Shown here in pieces: positions 39,627-48,425 of a stretch of DNA of 64,000 nucleotides. This DNA is from Nitrospirota bacterium (lineage in GTDB: Bacteria; Nitrospirota; Nitrospiria; SBBL01; JAADHI01): NCBI GenBank assembly GCA_029261165.1, contig JAJDBV010000006.1, forward strand, positions 33,656 to 97,655, written 5' to 3'. The translations under genes were made by a program, and so were the position numbers. Below the pieces are notes generated by a model that was not told the DNA's origin, did no database searches, and saw nothing but the letters and a program-made list of their open reading frames with translations. Numbering within the stretch: position 1 is the stretch's first letter; the number at the start of each line of letters is the position of its first letter.

Positions 39627-40985
39627 CTATCCTCGAATCAAAGAGGGGCTTGTTCCTGTTAATAAGGCCTTGACCTCTCCCACGATGTACAATGATCCGG
39701 TGATCACCAGCTTATCTTCAGGCTGAATGAAGGCGTTGATATAAGTAAGGGCTTCAGCAGTCTTTTCCCGAACCGTGCAGGAGGGTAAACGCTCTCTTTC
39801 AGAGATCTGTTTTGCGCATCGGTGAAAAGAGTTCAGGATTTGATTCGGATCAGCGGCCCGCTTCATTTCGGGACGTGAAAAAATAAAGGCATCCGTCCAG
39901 TCGACCAGGGGAAATAAGACATCGGAGATATTTTTATCAGACATCATGCCGATGATCATCCAATGTTTTCCTCTTCGGTCCGGGTCCACTTTCGAGAGGA
40001 ATTCTCCCAGCCTCTCCGCGCTGGATGGATTGTGCGCACCGTCGAGCAGGATTAAGGGCTGCTCCTGAACGACTTCCAGGCGGCCTTTCCAGGAAACCCG
40101 GCGGATGCCTTCAAGGAGATCCTGTTCAGAAAGAGGAATTCCGCTCAGGCCAAGCTGTTCCAGGAGACCCAAAGCCACAGCGGTATTATCGATTTGGTGT
40201 CGGCCAAGGAGTCCGCATTCAACAGTACGTTTCTTTGCTCCATGGTAGTGAAACCGCTGGGGTCCCTTAATAAGGTCGATCGGCTGTTCTGGATCGTTGA
40301 TCGACAGCGTGATCTCATGTCCGAGGCGGATCAAGGGTGCATTCTTGGCGCGGGCCTTCTCGCTCAAAAAAGAAAGAAGTTCTGGTTGCGATACCGACGT
40401 GACGATTGGCGTTTTTTCTTTGATGATCCCGGCTTTTTCGGCGATAATTTCCAGAAGTGTCGTTCCGAGGTATCTTTGATGGTCCAGACCGATGTGGGTG
40501 ATTCCAGCGACAAGTGGTTTAAGGAGATTTGTTGCATCGAAGCGCCCGCCCAGGCCAACCTCCACCACGGCCAGGTCTACTTTTTTCTCGAAAAAAAAGA
40601 GGAAAGCCATCGCGGTTGTAAACTCAAAAAAGGAAATCTCTTCAGAAAGTTCAGGAGCATGAGAACTTATTTTTTTACGGATCAGCTCTGTGAGTCGAAC
40701 AATTTCTTCATGAGGAATCGGAGTCCCGGAAAGGGTTATCCGCTCTGAGAAGTCAATGAGATGAGGCGAGGTGTACAGTCCGACCGTGTAGCCGCTTTGT
40801 ACGAGTGCGGAGGCCACCATCGCGGCAGTCGATCCCTTGCCATTGGTCCCTGCGATATGAACAGACTGAAATTGACGTTCCGGATGGTGAAGGAGGGTGA
40901 GCAGGGCGTCCATCCGTTCAAGACCGGGCCGAATGCCATGCCGCTGCAATTGATAAAGGTATTCTAAGGCTTCTGTCTGAACCAT
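39627..40985 (-). CDS. folC: bifunctional folylpolyglutamate synthase / dihydrofolate synthase FolC
   Basis: HIAGTNGKGST, LYTSPHL, EVGLGGRFDATN, DGAHNP. Confidence 0.9.
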   Translation of the reverse strand: MVQTEALEYLYQLQRHGIRPGLERMDALLTLLHHPERQFQSVHIAGTNGKGSTAAMVASALVQSGYTVGLYTSPHLIDFSERITLSGTPIPHEEIVRLTELIRKKISSHAPELSEEISFFEFTTAMAFLFFFEKKVDLAVVEVGLGGRFDATNLLKPLVAGITHIGLDHQRYLGTTLLEIIAEKAGIIKEKTPIVTSVSQPELLSFLSEKARAKNAPLIRLGHEITLSINDPEQPIDLIKGPQRFHYHGAKKRTVECGLLGRHQIDNTAVALGLLEQLGLSGIPLSEQDLLEGIRRVSWKGRLEVVQEQPLILLDGAHNPSSAERLGEFLSKVDPDRRGKHWMIIGMMSDKNISDVLFPLVDWTDAFIFSRPEMKRAADPNQILNSFHRCAKQISERERLPSCTVREKTAEALTYINAFIQPEDKLVITGSLYIVGEVKALLTGTSPSLIRG

Positions 40986-41054
40986 TAAGGCCTTCCCTGA
41001 AATAGGACTAAGGAATCTCTGATTAAGTCTGGGTTGAATTTTTCAGGAGATAAA

Positions 41055-41174
41055 ATGTTTCGATTCAAGGCGCAAATCGCAGAGAATAGCCCGCTATTTT
41101 CAAGAATTGCAACGCAGAAGCGGGATATTTTTGCCCTGAAAAAACAATTCATGGCTTATTCAGAGGTTCCCTAA
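41055..41174 (+). CDS. possible 39-aa small ORF (below the ORF-track cutoff)
   Basis: AGGAGA lies 5 nt before ATG 41055. The peptide is MFRFKAQIAENSPLFSRIATQKRDIFALKKQFMAYSEVP. There is no homology evidence. Confidence 0.2.
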   Translation: MFRFKAQIAENSPLFSRIATQKRDIFALKKQFMAYSEVP

Positions 41175-41330
41175 GTAGCACAATCTGGAAAGGGATTGCA
41201 AATACTCCTAGGATCTTCTCTCTTTTCTCACCGATCCCCAAGTTTGTTTCCATAGAGCTGGAAATTCGTTGATCTTTTCCTCGGAAGTAAGGTAGTATAT
41301 TACAAAATTTTTTTGATATGGAGGAACGGC

Positions 41331-42182
41331 ATGCTTTTAAGAAAGATTTCAGTAGTGGTTTTGATGGTTTATATGGTGCTTTCGCCCTGGACGGTATCAC
41401 CCCTTCTTGCCGACGCAGGGGGTGAGGTTGCGAACGTGAATGGCATCTCTATCACGACGGCGCAGTTTGAACAGAGAATGAGCCGCTTGACCGGTGAGGG
41501 ACAGGGGAATTTTAACACCTTTGAGGGGAAAAAAGAGTTATTGGATATCCTGGTTGCACGTGAGGTCTTGAACCAGGAAGGAAAGCGGCTCGGTCTGGAT
41601 AAAATAAAGGCCGTCCGGGAGCGAATTGAGGAAATTCAGAAAGAACTGGTTATTAACGAGGTTGTGAATCAAATTTCAAAGGAAAAGATTACCCAGGCCA
41701 GCATGAAGGCATACTATACCAAGAATCGTGGTGACTTTCGTGAGGTTCACGCAAATCATATCCTGTTGGCGACCGAAGAAGAGGCAAAGGATGCCAGGAA
41801 GAAACTTGATGGCGGTGCCGATTTTGCGGCTCTGGCGAAAGAGGTCTCAACAGATCCGGCGAGCAAGGATAGAGGAGGAGATCTTGGGTTCTTCACGAAG
41901 GACCGAATGGTTAAACCCTTTTCAGATGCGGCTTTTTCAATGAAGAGTGACGAGATTCGCGGCCCGGTTCAGAGTGCCTTCGGATATCATATCATTAAAG
42001 TTGTTGGCAGCAGGGATCCGAAGAAATTTGATGAACTTTCTCAGGCCCAACTCCAGAACCTCCGTGGTGTGATGATCAATTGGGAGATCGATCAGCTTAA
42101 AAGTAAGGCGAAGATCAAGGTGCATGAGAAGATCCTTCGTCAGGCGGCTTCTGGAGAAGGTGGAGAAGGTCATTCTCATTAA
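41331..42182 (+). CDS. parvulin-type peptidyl-prolyl isomerase (PpiC/SurA-like), secreted
   Basis: Signal peptide and rotamase domain (HILLATEEEA..GGDLGFF..FGYHIIKV). GGAGGA lies 5 nt before ATG 41331. Confidence 0.85.
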   Translation: MLLRKISVVVLMVYMVLSPWTVSPLLADAGGEVANVNGISITTAQFEQRMSRLTGEGQGNFNTFEGKKELLDILVAREVLNQEGKRLGLDKIKAVRERIEEIQKELVINEVVNQISKEKITQASMKAYYTKNRGDFREVHANHILLATEEEAKDARKKLDGGADFAALAKEVSTDPASKDRGGDLGFFTKDRMVKPFSDAAFSMKSDEIRGPVQSAFGYHIIKVVGSRDPKKFDELSQAQLQNLRGVMINWEIDQLKSKAKIKVHEKILRQAASGEGGEGHSH

Positions 42183-42274
42183 TGTTGGTCATTGACAGAT
42201 TGACGTCCCGGAGTCAGCAATGGACCCTGGGATAATTTCAGGTGACCTACGAAGACAGGGGAACGTTCTGTCCT

Positions 42275-43633
42275 ATGAGAAAACTCTTTGGAACGGATGG
42301 CGTTCGGGGTATTGCCAATCTTGAGCCGATGACGGTTGAGACGGCCATGAAGTTGGGGCGTGCCGCGGCCCACATTTTTAAACATAAGGCGGGCCGTCAC
42401 CGGATTGTCATCGGAAAGGATACCCGACTTTCCGGATATATGCTGGAATCGGCCTTGGTCTCCGGTATTTGCTCACTAGGGGTTGATGTTCTTCTTGTCG
42501 GTCCGCTGCCGACCCCTGCCATTGCCTTGTTGGCAAGAAGCCTCCGGGCTGATGCCGGTGTGGTCATTTCTGCCTCGCATAATCCCTTTCAAGACAACGG
42601 AATCAAGTTCTTTTCCAAAAATGGCTTAAAGCTTCCCGATGAAATGGAACTCGAAATTGAACGACTTCTCTTTTCTGGTGAAATCGATGCAATTCGTCCC
42701 ACAGCCGGTGAGATTGGAAAGGCCTTTCGGATTGATGATGCTGAGGGAAGATACATTGAATTTGTAAAAAACGCATTGCCAAAAGGGCTCGACTTCCAGG
42801 GGATGAAAATCGTTGTTGACTGCGCGAATGGGGCCGCGTACAAAACAACACCTACAGTACTGAGAGAACTCGGGGCAGAGGTCATCGTCCTCAGCGATAG
42901 CCCGAATGGGACCAACATTAATCTCGACTGTGGAACCCAGCACCCTGAAAACTTACAGAAAGCGGTTATTGCGCATTGTGCCGACGTCGGGGTTGCCCAT
43001 GACGGCGATGCCGACCGGGCCCTCTTTGTCGATGAAACCGGCCATATTGTTGATGGGGATGCGCTCTTAGTGTCCTTTGCGAGTGCCCTTCATCAGGAGA
43101 AGGCCTTAAAGGGCGGGACGCTCGTGACAACAATCATGAGCAATATGGGGGTCGAGATTGCCCTCCGACCGAAAGGGATTCGGGTGGTTAGAACGCCGGT
43201 TGGGGATCGATATGTCCTCGAGCGAATGATGAAAGGGAGTTACAACCTGGGAGGTGAACAGTCAGGTCATGTTATTTTCCTAGACTACAATACCACTGGC
43301 GATGGATTGATTACGGCGTTACAACTTCTCTCGCTAATGAAAAGGAAGAATAAGCCCGTTTCCAGTCTTACGGCATGCATGACGCCTCTCCCACAGGTGT
43401 TGCTGAATGTAAGGGTTCAGAAGAAGGAATCACTGGATGAACTTCCGGAGATTCAAAAAGCGATTCTTGCCTGCGAAAAAAAACTGAAGGAAAAAGGACG
43501 GATCTTGGTCCGATATTCCGGAACAGAGCCGCTCCTCCGAATTATGATTGAGGGGGAGGAGCAGACGGAAATATCGGGGATGGCGGAGGAACTGGCCGCA
43601 CTGGTCCGGAAAAAGATCGGGTGTCCCCAATGA
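42275..43633 (+). CDS. glmM: phosphoglucosamine mutase GlmM
   Basis: [12 protein letters not shown], active site SASHNP, DGDADR, GGEQSGH. Confidence 0.95.
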   Translation: MRKLFGTDGVRGIANLEPMTVETAMKLGRAAAHIFKHKAGRHRIVIGKDTRLSGYMLESALVSGICSLGVDVLLVGPLPTPAIALLARSLRADAGVVISASHNPFQDNGIKFFSKNGLKLPDEMELEIERLLFSGEIDAIRPTAGEIGKAFRIDDAEGRYIEFVKNALPKGLDFQGMKIVVDCANGAAYKTTPTVLRELGAEVIVLSDSPNGTNINLDCGTQHPENLQKAVIAHCADVGVAHDGDADRALFVDETGHIVDGDALLVSFASALHQEKALKGGTLVTTIMSNMGVEIALRPKGIRVVRTPVGDRYVLERMMKGSYNLGGEQSGHVIFLDYNTTGDGLITALQLLSLMKRKNKPVSSLTACMTPLPQVLLNVRVQKKESLDELPEIQKAILACEKKLKEKGRILVRYSGTEPLLRIMIEGEEQTEISGMAEELAALVRKKIGCPQ

Positions 43634-44439
43634 AGCTTAAGTTTCTCACCGTTATTTTTTCACTATCTCTCCTTTCGGTCATGTCTGTTGGGTCCAATGC
43701 GACCCCGATTGATGAGGTGTATCAAACGCGGCACAATCTTGTCGCGCCTTTTCTTACTTCTTCAAAGGTCTGTACGGTTTGTCATACGGAGTCCATTCCA
43801 TCTCTCGGAAGGAAGAAGGAGGGCGTTCCTGAGAAGGAAACGAACCCGCCTCCGGACGCGCGTAAGAAAAGGATTTCTTTCCCGCCGCTCTGGAACACAC
43901 AGGGTGTGAAGCCTTACGATATTGCAGGGGATCTGCCCTCAAATAAACGCACATATAATCACCCGACCGGCTCATCCCTTGTTTGTCTTTCGTGCCACGA
44001 TGGCGCGCTAGGCGCGGACATGCATGGCATCAACGTGGGTGATCCGCGGGTGGCTGCTTCTGGGAATATTCCCTGGACAGGTTCAGTTGGGGCGAGAGAA
44101 GCCCCTCCCTTAAGTCGTGTCGATCATCCGATCTCGATTCTTTATCCGAGAAAGCCGCAGGGGATGTTCGTCCCGGTGAACCCGACGATCACTCGTTCCC
44201 GGTATTGGTCACTTCCAAATAGGCATCCTGGAGGATTTACCCTACCGGAATCCGGAACCTCTTCCTACCTGGACCTCCCCGTAAAGAATGTTTCATCACC
44301 TGAACATCTTTCAACGCTTGTTCGGACCTCCTCCGGGAGGGTCGAGTGTGACAGCTGTCACAATCCACACAGTGAAAAAGTCCGGCCTTTTCTCAGGGTC
44401 CCTTCTGCGACGCTCTGCCTGATCTGCCACGACAGATAA
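43630..44439 (+). CDS. secreted tetrahaem c-type cytochrome
   Basis: Signal peptide and four CxxCH motifs ([23 protein letters not shown]). The start ATG overlaps the glmM stop (ATGA). Confidence 0.8.
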   Translation: MKLKFLTVIFSLSLLSVMSVGSNATPIDEVYQTRHNLVAPFLTSSKVCTVCHTESIPSLGRKKEGVPEKETNPPPDARKKRISFPPLWNTQGVKPYDIAGDLPSNKRTYNHPTGSSLVCLSCHDGALGADMHGINVGDPRVAASGNIPWTGSVGAREAPPLSRVDHPISILYPRKPQGMFVPVNPTITRSRYWSLPNRHPGGFTLPESGTSSYLDLPVKNVSSPEHLSTLVRTSSGRVECDSCHNPHSEKVRPFLRVPSATLCLICHDR

Positions 44440-44444
44440 TTTCA

Positions 44445-44576
44445 CTATTCAGCACACCCCTCTTTTGCTCCATGGCGGCGTTCCTGCGGTGCTCGAATCC
44501 TCACGTAGGAAAACTACGCTGCGGTTCTGTGCTCCTCGCGCCTTGCCCTGAAGAAAAAGATGGGCATGCTGAACAG
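44445..44576 (+). repeat. MITE/REP-like palindromic intergenic repeat, copy B (132 bp)
   Basis: CTATTCAGCA...TGCTGAACAG termini. It is colinear with copy A but lacks the ~17-nt GGTCTCGCGAAGCC module. It lies 5 nt after the cytochrome stop, between convergent genes. Confidence 0.8.
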
Positions 44577-44605
44577 TGAAACCTTTTATTGAATGGATAG
44601 GCCTT

Positions 44606-44947
44606 TCACTCGAATTGAGCGGCGTATTGCAGGTAGGTATTCAAATGTGGATGCGTGTCGGAAGTGAATTGGGAAAAAGAGATCCCGAAGCCGTTGAAAT
44701 TGCCGTCCCTGTGGGCCCAGACTGTCTTTCCGGTGATGGTTTCCGACGCGGCTTCTCCCCCGCGTTGGGGAAAAGCGATGTGGATTGATATTTCATCCTC
44801 GGGTTGGACCGTGTCTCGGGTATAACCACCGATTCCTCCGCCATTGATATTGCCCCGGAGAATCTCAATCTGCTGATCTGTCTTCTTTTGTAGAAGTGCA
44901 ACCTGCAGATGAAGCGGTATACGGCTTGAACCTCGTCGTTCTTCCAT
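44606..44947 (-). CDS. PilZ-domain c-di-GMP receptor
   Basis: N-terminal RxxxR (EERRGSSRIP) and a D/NxSxxG-like motif (NINGGGIG) in a ~110-aa beta-barrel-sized protein. Confidence 0.75.
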   Translation of the reverse strand: MEERRGSSRIPLHLQVALLQKKTDQQIEILRGNINGGGIGGYTRDTVQPEDEISIHIAFPQRGGEAASETITGKTVWAHRDGNFNGFGISFSQFTSDTHPHLNTYLQYAAQFE

Positions 44948-45104
44948 GGTCGGGAAGTTACCCTATTAGTGATGAGCCTGTCAAGGAATAGAGGTGCGTC
45001 CAAATTTTATAATGGGACGGCGCTGTTTTTTGCTATGTCGGAATATCAAGCGAGTCACTAATTTTCAGAAGTCCGTATATGAACTTGATTAAAATATTCT
45101 ATTG

Positions 45105-45120
45105 TGGTCCGGTTATTGCT
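45105..45120 (+). promoter_or_regulatory. sigma-54 (-24/-12) promoter of the OM beta-barrel gene
   Basis: TGGTCCGGTTATTGCT compared with the consensus TGGCACG-N4-TTGCW. GG and GC spacing is correct. It lies 47 nt upstream of the TTG start at 45167. Confidence 0.6.
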
Positions 45121-45166
45121 TCAGACATAAAAAATAATAATCTTTTGAGCATGGGGGTAGTTTGAA

Positions 45167-46162
45167 TTGAAGAAAAGACATATTCGATCTGGTCGGGAAA
45201 TGAAGACCTTATTCTTTTGTGTAATGATTGCGGCATTACTATTCGAAGTGAACTATTTGTGGGCGGCGATGAAGGCAAAGGGGACAGGTAAGATAGAAGA
45301 TAGGCCTGACTTGTCCGGGAAGCTTGAAACCGGCCTGGAGTATGACAGCAATATCTTTCAGAAAAAGACCCTGGAGGAGTCTGATCTGATCTGGGCATCC
45401 TCCATTTCCTTAAATTATCGACCGGATCAGATTCGTTGGAGTGCTTTGGTCGTCCATAATCAATATCTGGACAACTCCGAGTTAAGTTATTCTTTTTATG
45501 AAATTGGTGTTGAGCGGCCTTTTGGTGAGAAAGATTATGGCAGTATTTTTGTGCAGGTATCCCCAACGGCCCCATTGGATAAAGATGAAAGCTTTGGTCC
45601 TCCCATCAGTTTGGAGTCTTACGGGTTTACCGCAATTTATGATCGGGATTTCACCCGATTCTGGAATAGCGGCTTGAGCTTTTCATACGATCGGATTGAT
45701 TACAATGAGATCTTTAATGCCAAGGATACCCACCTGGTTAAAATCGGTTTTCCTCAGTTTTTACGGGTAGACCGGACCTGGCGTTTTTCAATCAACTTAA
45801 CCCTTGAATCTGGGTTTGCCAGTGGGGGGCTGGTTCCCTCTGGCATAGGTTTTCGCCAGGATGATATCTCCTTCAGGGCAAATGTTTTTTCCCTCCAGTC
45901 CAGCTATCCGGTGACCCCTTTGAGCCGGGTCCGGGTTCGTTACCGGATTCGAAAAAAGACATATACAACCAACAATATTGGTGACGAAATCCATTTTAAC
46001 CGGAAGGATACGAATCATCAACTTCTTGTCGGACTTCGTCATCGGGCAAATCCCAAGATGACGCTCCGAACCCGCCTGAGACACATCTGGCGGGAATCGA
46101 CTGACCCTTTTGTGGAATTTGACGAAGTAACCTTTTCTTTTTCAGCGGCCTACCGGTTCTGA
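45167..46162 (+). CDS. outer-membrane beta-barrel protein, family unknown
   Basis: Signal sequence, alternating beta-strand pattern, GLEYDSNIF-type motif and the C-terminal OMP signature ..SAAYRF. Confidence 0.65.
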   Translation: MKKRHIRSGREMKTLFFCVMIAALLFEVNYLWAAMKAKGTGKIEDRPDLSGKLETGLEYDSNIFQKKTLEESDLIWASSISLNYRPDQIRWSALVVHNQYLDNSELSYSFYEIGVERPFGEKDYGSIFVQVSPTAPLDKDESFGPPISLESYGFTAIYDRDFTRFWNSGLSFSYDRIDYNEIFNAKDTHLVKIGFPQFLRVDRTWRFSINLTLESGFASGGLVPSGIGFRQDDISFRANVFSLQSSYPVTPLSRVRVRYRIRKKTYTTNNIGDEIHFNRKDTNHQLLVGLRHRANPKMTLRTRLRHIWRESTDPFVEFDEVTFSFSAAYRF

Positions 46163-46360
46163 ATACCCACGGCGCACGAAATTCCCGTCCTCCCAAGGCA
46201 GAGCTCTTTGATTACCAGATTCGATCACTCCTTATCTCTACCAAAACGGTTCTCATTAATATTGCTTAAAACCCAGCAGAACTGGTAGGGAACCTGCTAA
46301 AATTTGGGCTAAATCCTCTTATTATGCTTGTCACACGGCTAAATATTGATGGTTATTTCA

Positions 46361-46376
46361 TGGCATAGAGGTTGCA
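46361..46376 (+). promoter_or_regulatory. sigma-54 (-24/-12) promoter of the repeat-protein gene
   Basis: TGGCATAGAGGTTGCA compared with the consensus TGGCACG-N4-TTGCW. It lies 58 nt upstream of ATG 46434, which has a strong GGGAGGGAGAG SD. Confidence 0.65.
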
Positions 46377-46433
46377 GTGACTAAGAACTGATAGGTTCAT
46401 CAAAGTTAAACCAAGGACAGGGAGGGAGAGAAT

Positions 46434-46997
46434 ATGATTCGACTCAGAATTCAATTTATGTTAGCCGCAGGGCTTGTTTTTACACTTATTGGAACAACGC
46501 CGTCATTTGCGATCCATCCAGACGACCTTAATGCTGATGGTGTCAAGCTGCGGGGAGACGGGACCGTAGACGATACCCAGCCGAATGGTCTGGCCCAGAA
46601 CGACCTCAATGCTGATGGTGTCAAGCTGCGGGGAGACGGGACTGTAGACGATACCCAGCCGGGTTCCAGTAATGATCGATCTGACGATGACAACTCCACA
46701 CGCGTAAGTGAGGACAATGGGGTTCGTGATCATGGCCGAGGCCGTGGGCGTGGGCGCGGAAGAGGACGCGGACGAGGAGGCGATGATATGCATGATGACG
46801 ATCATGGGCGTCGGCATGGCGGTGGAAGGGATGAAGCGGCTCGCGAAGCTCGCGATGAAGCCAGGGAAATAGCCCGAGAAGCCCGCGATATAGCCAGAGA
46901 AACGACCCGCGAAGCCCGTGATATAGCCAGGGAAATAGCTCGCGAAGCCCGTGATATAGCCAGAGAAATGGCTCGTGAGGACAAAGAGGATTCATAA
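46434..46997 (+). CDS. secreted low-complexity protein: 2x EF-hand/dockerin-like DxNxDG units, (GR)n tract, His/Asp patch, 4x 11-mer AREARDIAREx repeats
   Basis: Signal peptide ending SFA. Contains DLNADGVKLRGDGTVDDTQP twice, GRGRGRGRGRGRGG, DDMHDDDHGRRHGG and AREARDEAREI/AREARDIARET/TREARDIAREI/AREARDIAREM. Confidence 0.7.
   Translation: MIRLRIQFMLAAGLVFTLIGTTPSFAIHPDDLNADGVKLRGDGTVDDTQPNGLAQNDLNADGVKLRGDGTVDDTQPGSSNDRSDDDNSTRVSEDNGVRDHGRGRGRGRGRGRGRGGDDMHDDDHGRRHGGGRDEAAREARDEAREIAREARDIARETTREARDIAREIAREARDIAREMAREDKEDS
46524..46661 (+). repeat. 78-bp tandem duplication (60-bp core, 57/60 identical) inside the repeat-protein gene
   Basis: GACCTTAATGCTGATGGTGTCAAGCTGCGGGGAGACGGGACCGTAGACGATACCCAGCCG at 46524 recurs at 46602 with 3 substitutions. 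Confidence 0.85.
46839..46979 (+). repeat. 33-bp (11-codon) tandem repeats, about 4.3 units
   Basis: In-frame units start at 46839, 46872, 46905 and 46938 (GCYCGHGAAGCCCGYGATATAGCCAGRGAAAYR-like). Confidence 0.8.
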
Positions 46998-47036
46998 AAG
47001 GCAACGTGAGATCGACGAAGTCGAGCAGTAAGCCTT

Positions 47037-47068
47037 CAAAAAGGGCGTCCTGAAGAGGACGCCCTTTT
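47037..47068. terminator. bidirectional intrinsic terminator between the repeat-protein gene and the sigma-54 activator gene
   Basis: CAAAAA-GGGCGTCC-TGAAGA-GGACGCCC-TTTT. The stem is a perfect 8-bp GC-rich helix flanked by an A-run and a T-run. Confidence 0.8.
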
Positions 47069-47069
47069 A

Positions 47070-48425
47070 TTATCCCAGAAGATCATATTTTCTAAGTTTA
47101 TATTGGAGCGAACTTCGGTGGAGCCCCAGTATTTTGGCCGCCTTTGTTTGATTTCCATCTGTATCTTCCATCGTTTTCCTGATAATTTCCCGCTCCATTC
47201 CCTCGATTCGTTCCGTCATCCCAGTGGTTGCCGATTGTGTACTAGATGATTCCGTCGTTGCTGAGATGGAGTGGAGTTCTGGAGGAAGATCCTCAAGGTG
47301 GATGGTCTCTTCTTCCGCCAGGACAACAGCGCGTTCCACAATATTTTCGAGCTCCCGTACATTCCCCGGCCAGTGATAGGCTGAAAAAAGATCGATAATT
47401 TCAGAAGGGAATTGTACGTTTTTATGAAGTTCCTGGCTATACTTCTCCAAGAAATGTGTCGCCAATTCCCGGATGTCATCTCCACGTTCACGAAGAGAAG
47501 GGAGGGGAATTTCTATGACACGGATACGATAATACAAGTCTTCCCGGAAGCGATCTGCCTGAACCTCCTCTTTCAGATTTCGATGTGTTGCCGCGATTAA
47601 ACGGCTATCCACCTTGATCGTTTTTGTTCCGCCGAGTCGTTCTAATTCCCGTTCCTGTATAAATCGGAGAAGTTTAACCTGGAGATGGAGAGGGAGTTCT
47701 CCGATCTCGTCGAGAAACAGTGTTCCCCCGTCTGCCATTTCAAACCGCCCTTTCTTAGAACCACCAGCCCCGGTAAAGGCCCCTTTTTCGTATCCAAAAA
47801 GTTCGGCCTCGATCAGGTTTTCAGGAATAGCACCACAATTGATCGCGATGAACGGGCGATCCGCACGTGGACTCTTGTTGTGGATCTCTTTTGCAACCAG
47901 TTCTTTCCCGGTCCCTGTCGCACCTAGGATTAAGACGGGTGCGGTATTGGGCGAGACCTTTTCGATGAGTCGGTAGACCTGCTGCATCTTGGGAGATTGC
48001 CCAATCATTCTTCCCATACGCTTCTGGATCGTCTCCCGTAAATATCTGTTCTCGGTTAATAATCTCCTTTGATCGAGTGCTTTTTCAACCTTTGTTTCTA
48101 TTTCGTCCAGAGAGAAGGGTTTAAGAAGGTAATCAAATGCCCCTTGCCGCATGGCTTCTACCGCACTTTCTACTGTTCCAAATGCAGTAACGACCATAAC
48201 CTGGGTTAGGGGGGACTTTCCCTTTATTTCCTTGAGAAGGTCGAGTCCGCTCATTCCCCCCATTTGAAAGTCTGTAATCACCAGATCGGTTTCTGATCCC
48301 TGAAATCGCTCCAGGGCCTCTTCTCCGCTCGAACATTCAATAACGTCGTGTCCCTTCTCTGAAAAAAACCTGGAGAGAGAACGTCTCATCGACTCCTTAT
48401 CATCAACAATTAACATACGGATCAT
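47070..48425 (-). CDS. sigma-54-dependent response regulator (NtrC/AtoC family)
   Basis: REC (LVITDFQMGGMSG), AAA+ with GATGTGKE, GAFTGA (YEKGAFTGA) and ELFLDEIG, plus a C-terminal Fis-type HTH (NQTKAAKILGLHRSSLQYKL). Confidence 0.9.
   Translation of the reverse strand: MIRMLIVDDKESMRRSLSRFFSEKGHDVIECSSGEEALERFQGSETDLVITDFQMGGMSGLDLLKEIKGKSPLTQVMVVTAFGTVESAVEAMRQGAFDYLLKPFSLDEIETKVEKALDQRRLLTENRYLRETIQKRMGRMIGQSPKMQQVYRLIEKVSPNTAPVLILGATGTGKELVAKEIHNKSPRADRPFIAINCGAIPENLIEAELFGYEKGAFTGAGGSKKGRFEMADGGTLFLDEIGELPLHLQVKLLRFIQERELERLGGTKTIKVDSRLIAATHRNLKEEVQADRFREDLYYRIRVIEIPLPSLRERGDDIRELATHFLEKYSQELHKNVQFPSEIIDLFSAYHWPGNVRELENIVERAVVLAEEETIHLEDLPPELHSISATTESSSTQSATTGMTERIEGMEREIIRKTMEDTDGNQTKAAKILGLHRSSLQYKLRKYDLLG

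Noticed and set aside
43630-46162. Multihaem cytochrome plus OM beta-barrel considered as an MtrAB/Pcc-like porin-cytochrome conduit.
   Set aside because: The two genes are separated by a repeat element and an oppositely oriented PilZ gene, and they have different promoters. The cytochrome has only 4 haems and the barrel shows no recognisable MtrB/Cyc2 features. The evidence is insufficient.
46283-46298. Second sigma-54-like match TGGTAGGGAACCTGCT upstream of the repeat-protein gene.
   Set aside because: The GG/GC spacing is correct, but the flanks are weaker and it lies 137 nt from the start. The site at 46361-46376 is much closer to consensus. It cannot be excluded as a second promoter.
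46524-46979. Tandem repeats considered as a possible CRISPR or non-coding array.
   Set aside because: The repeats are in-frame (78-bp and 33-bp periods, multiples of 3), contiguous without unique spacers, and lie inside a CDS.
46451-47004. Several 60-127-aa minus-strand ORFs overlapping the repeat-protein gene.
   Set aside because: They are artefacts of the low-complexity GC-rich repeats (stop-free on several frames). Only the plus frame has a signal peptide, an SD and a sigma-54 promoter.
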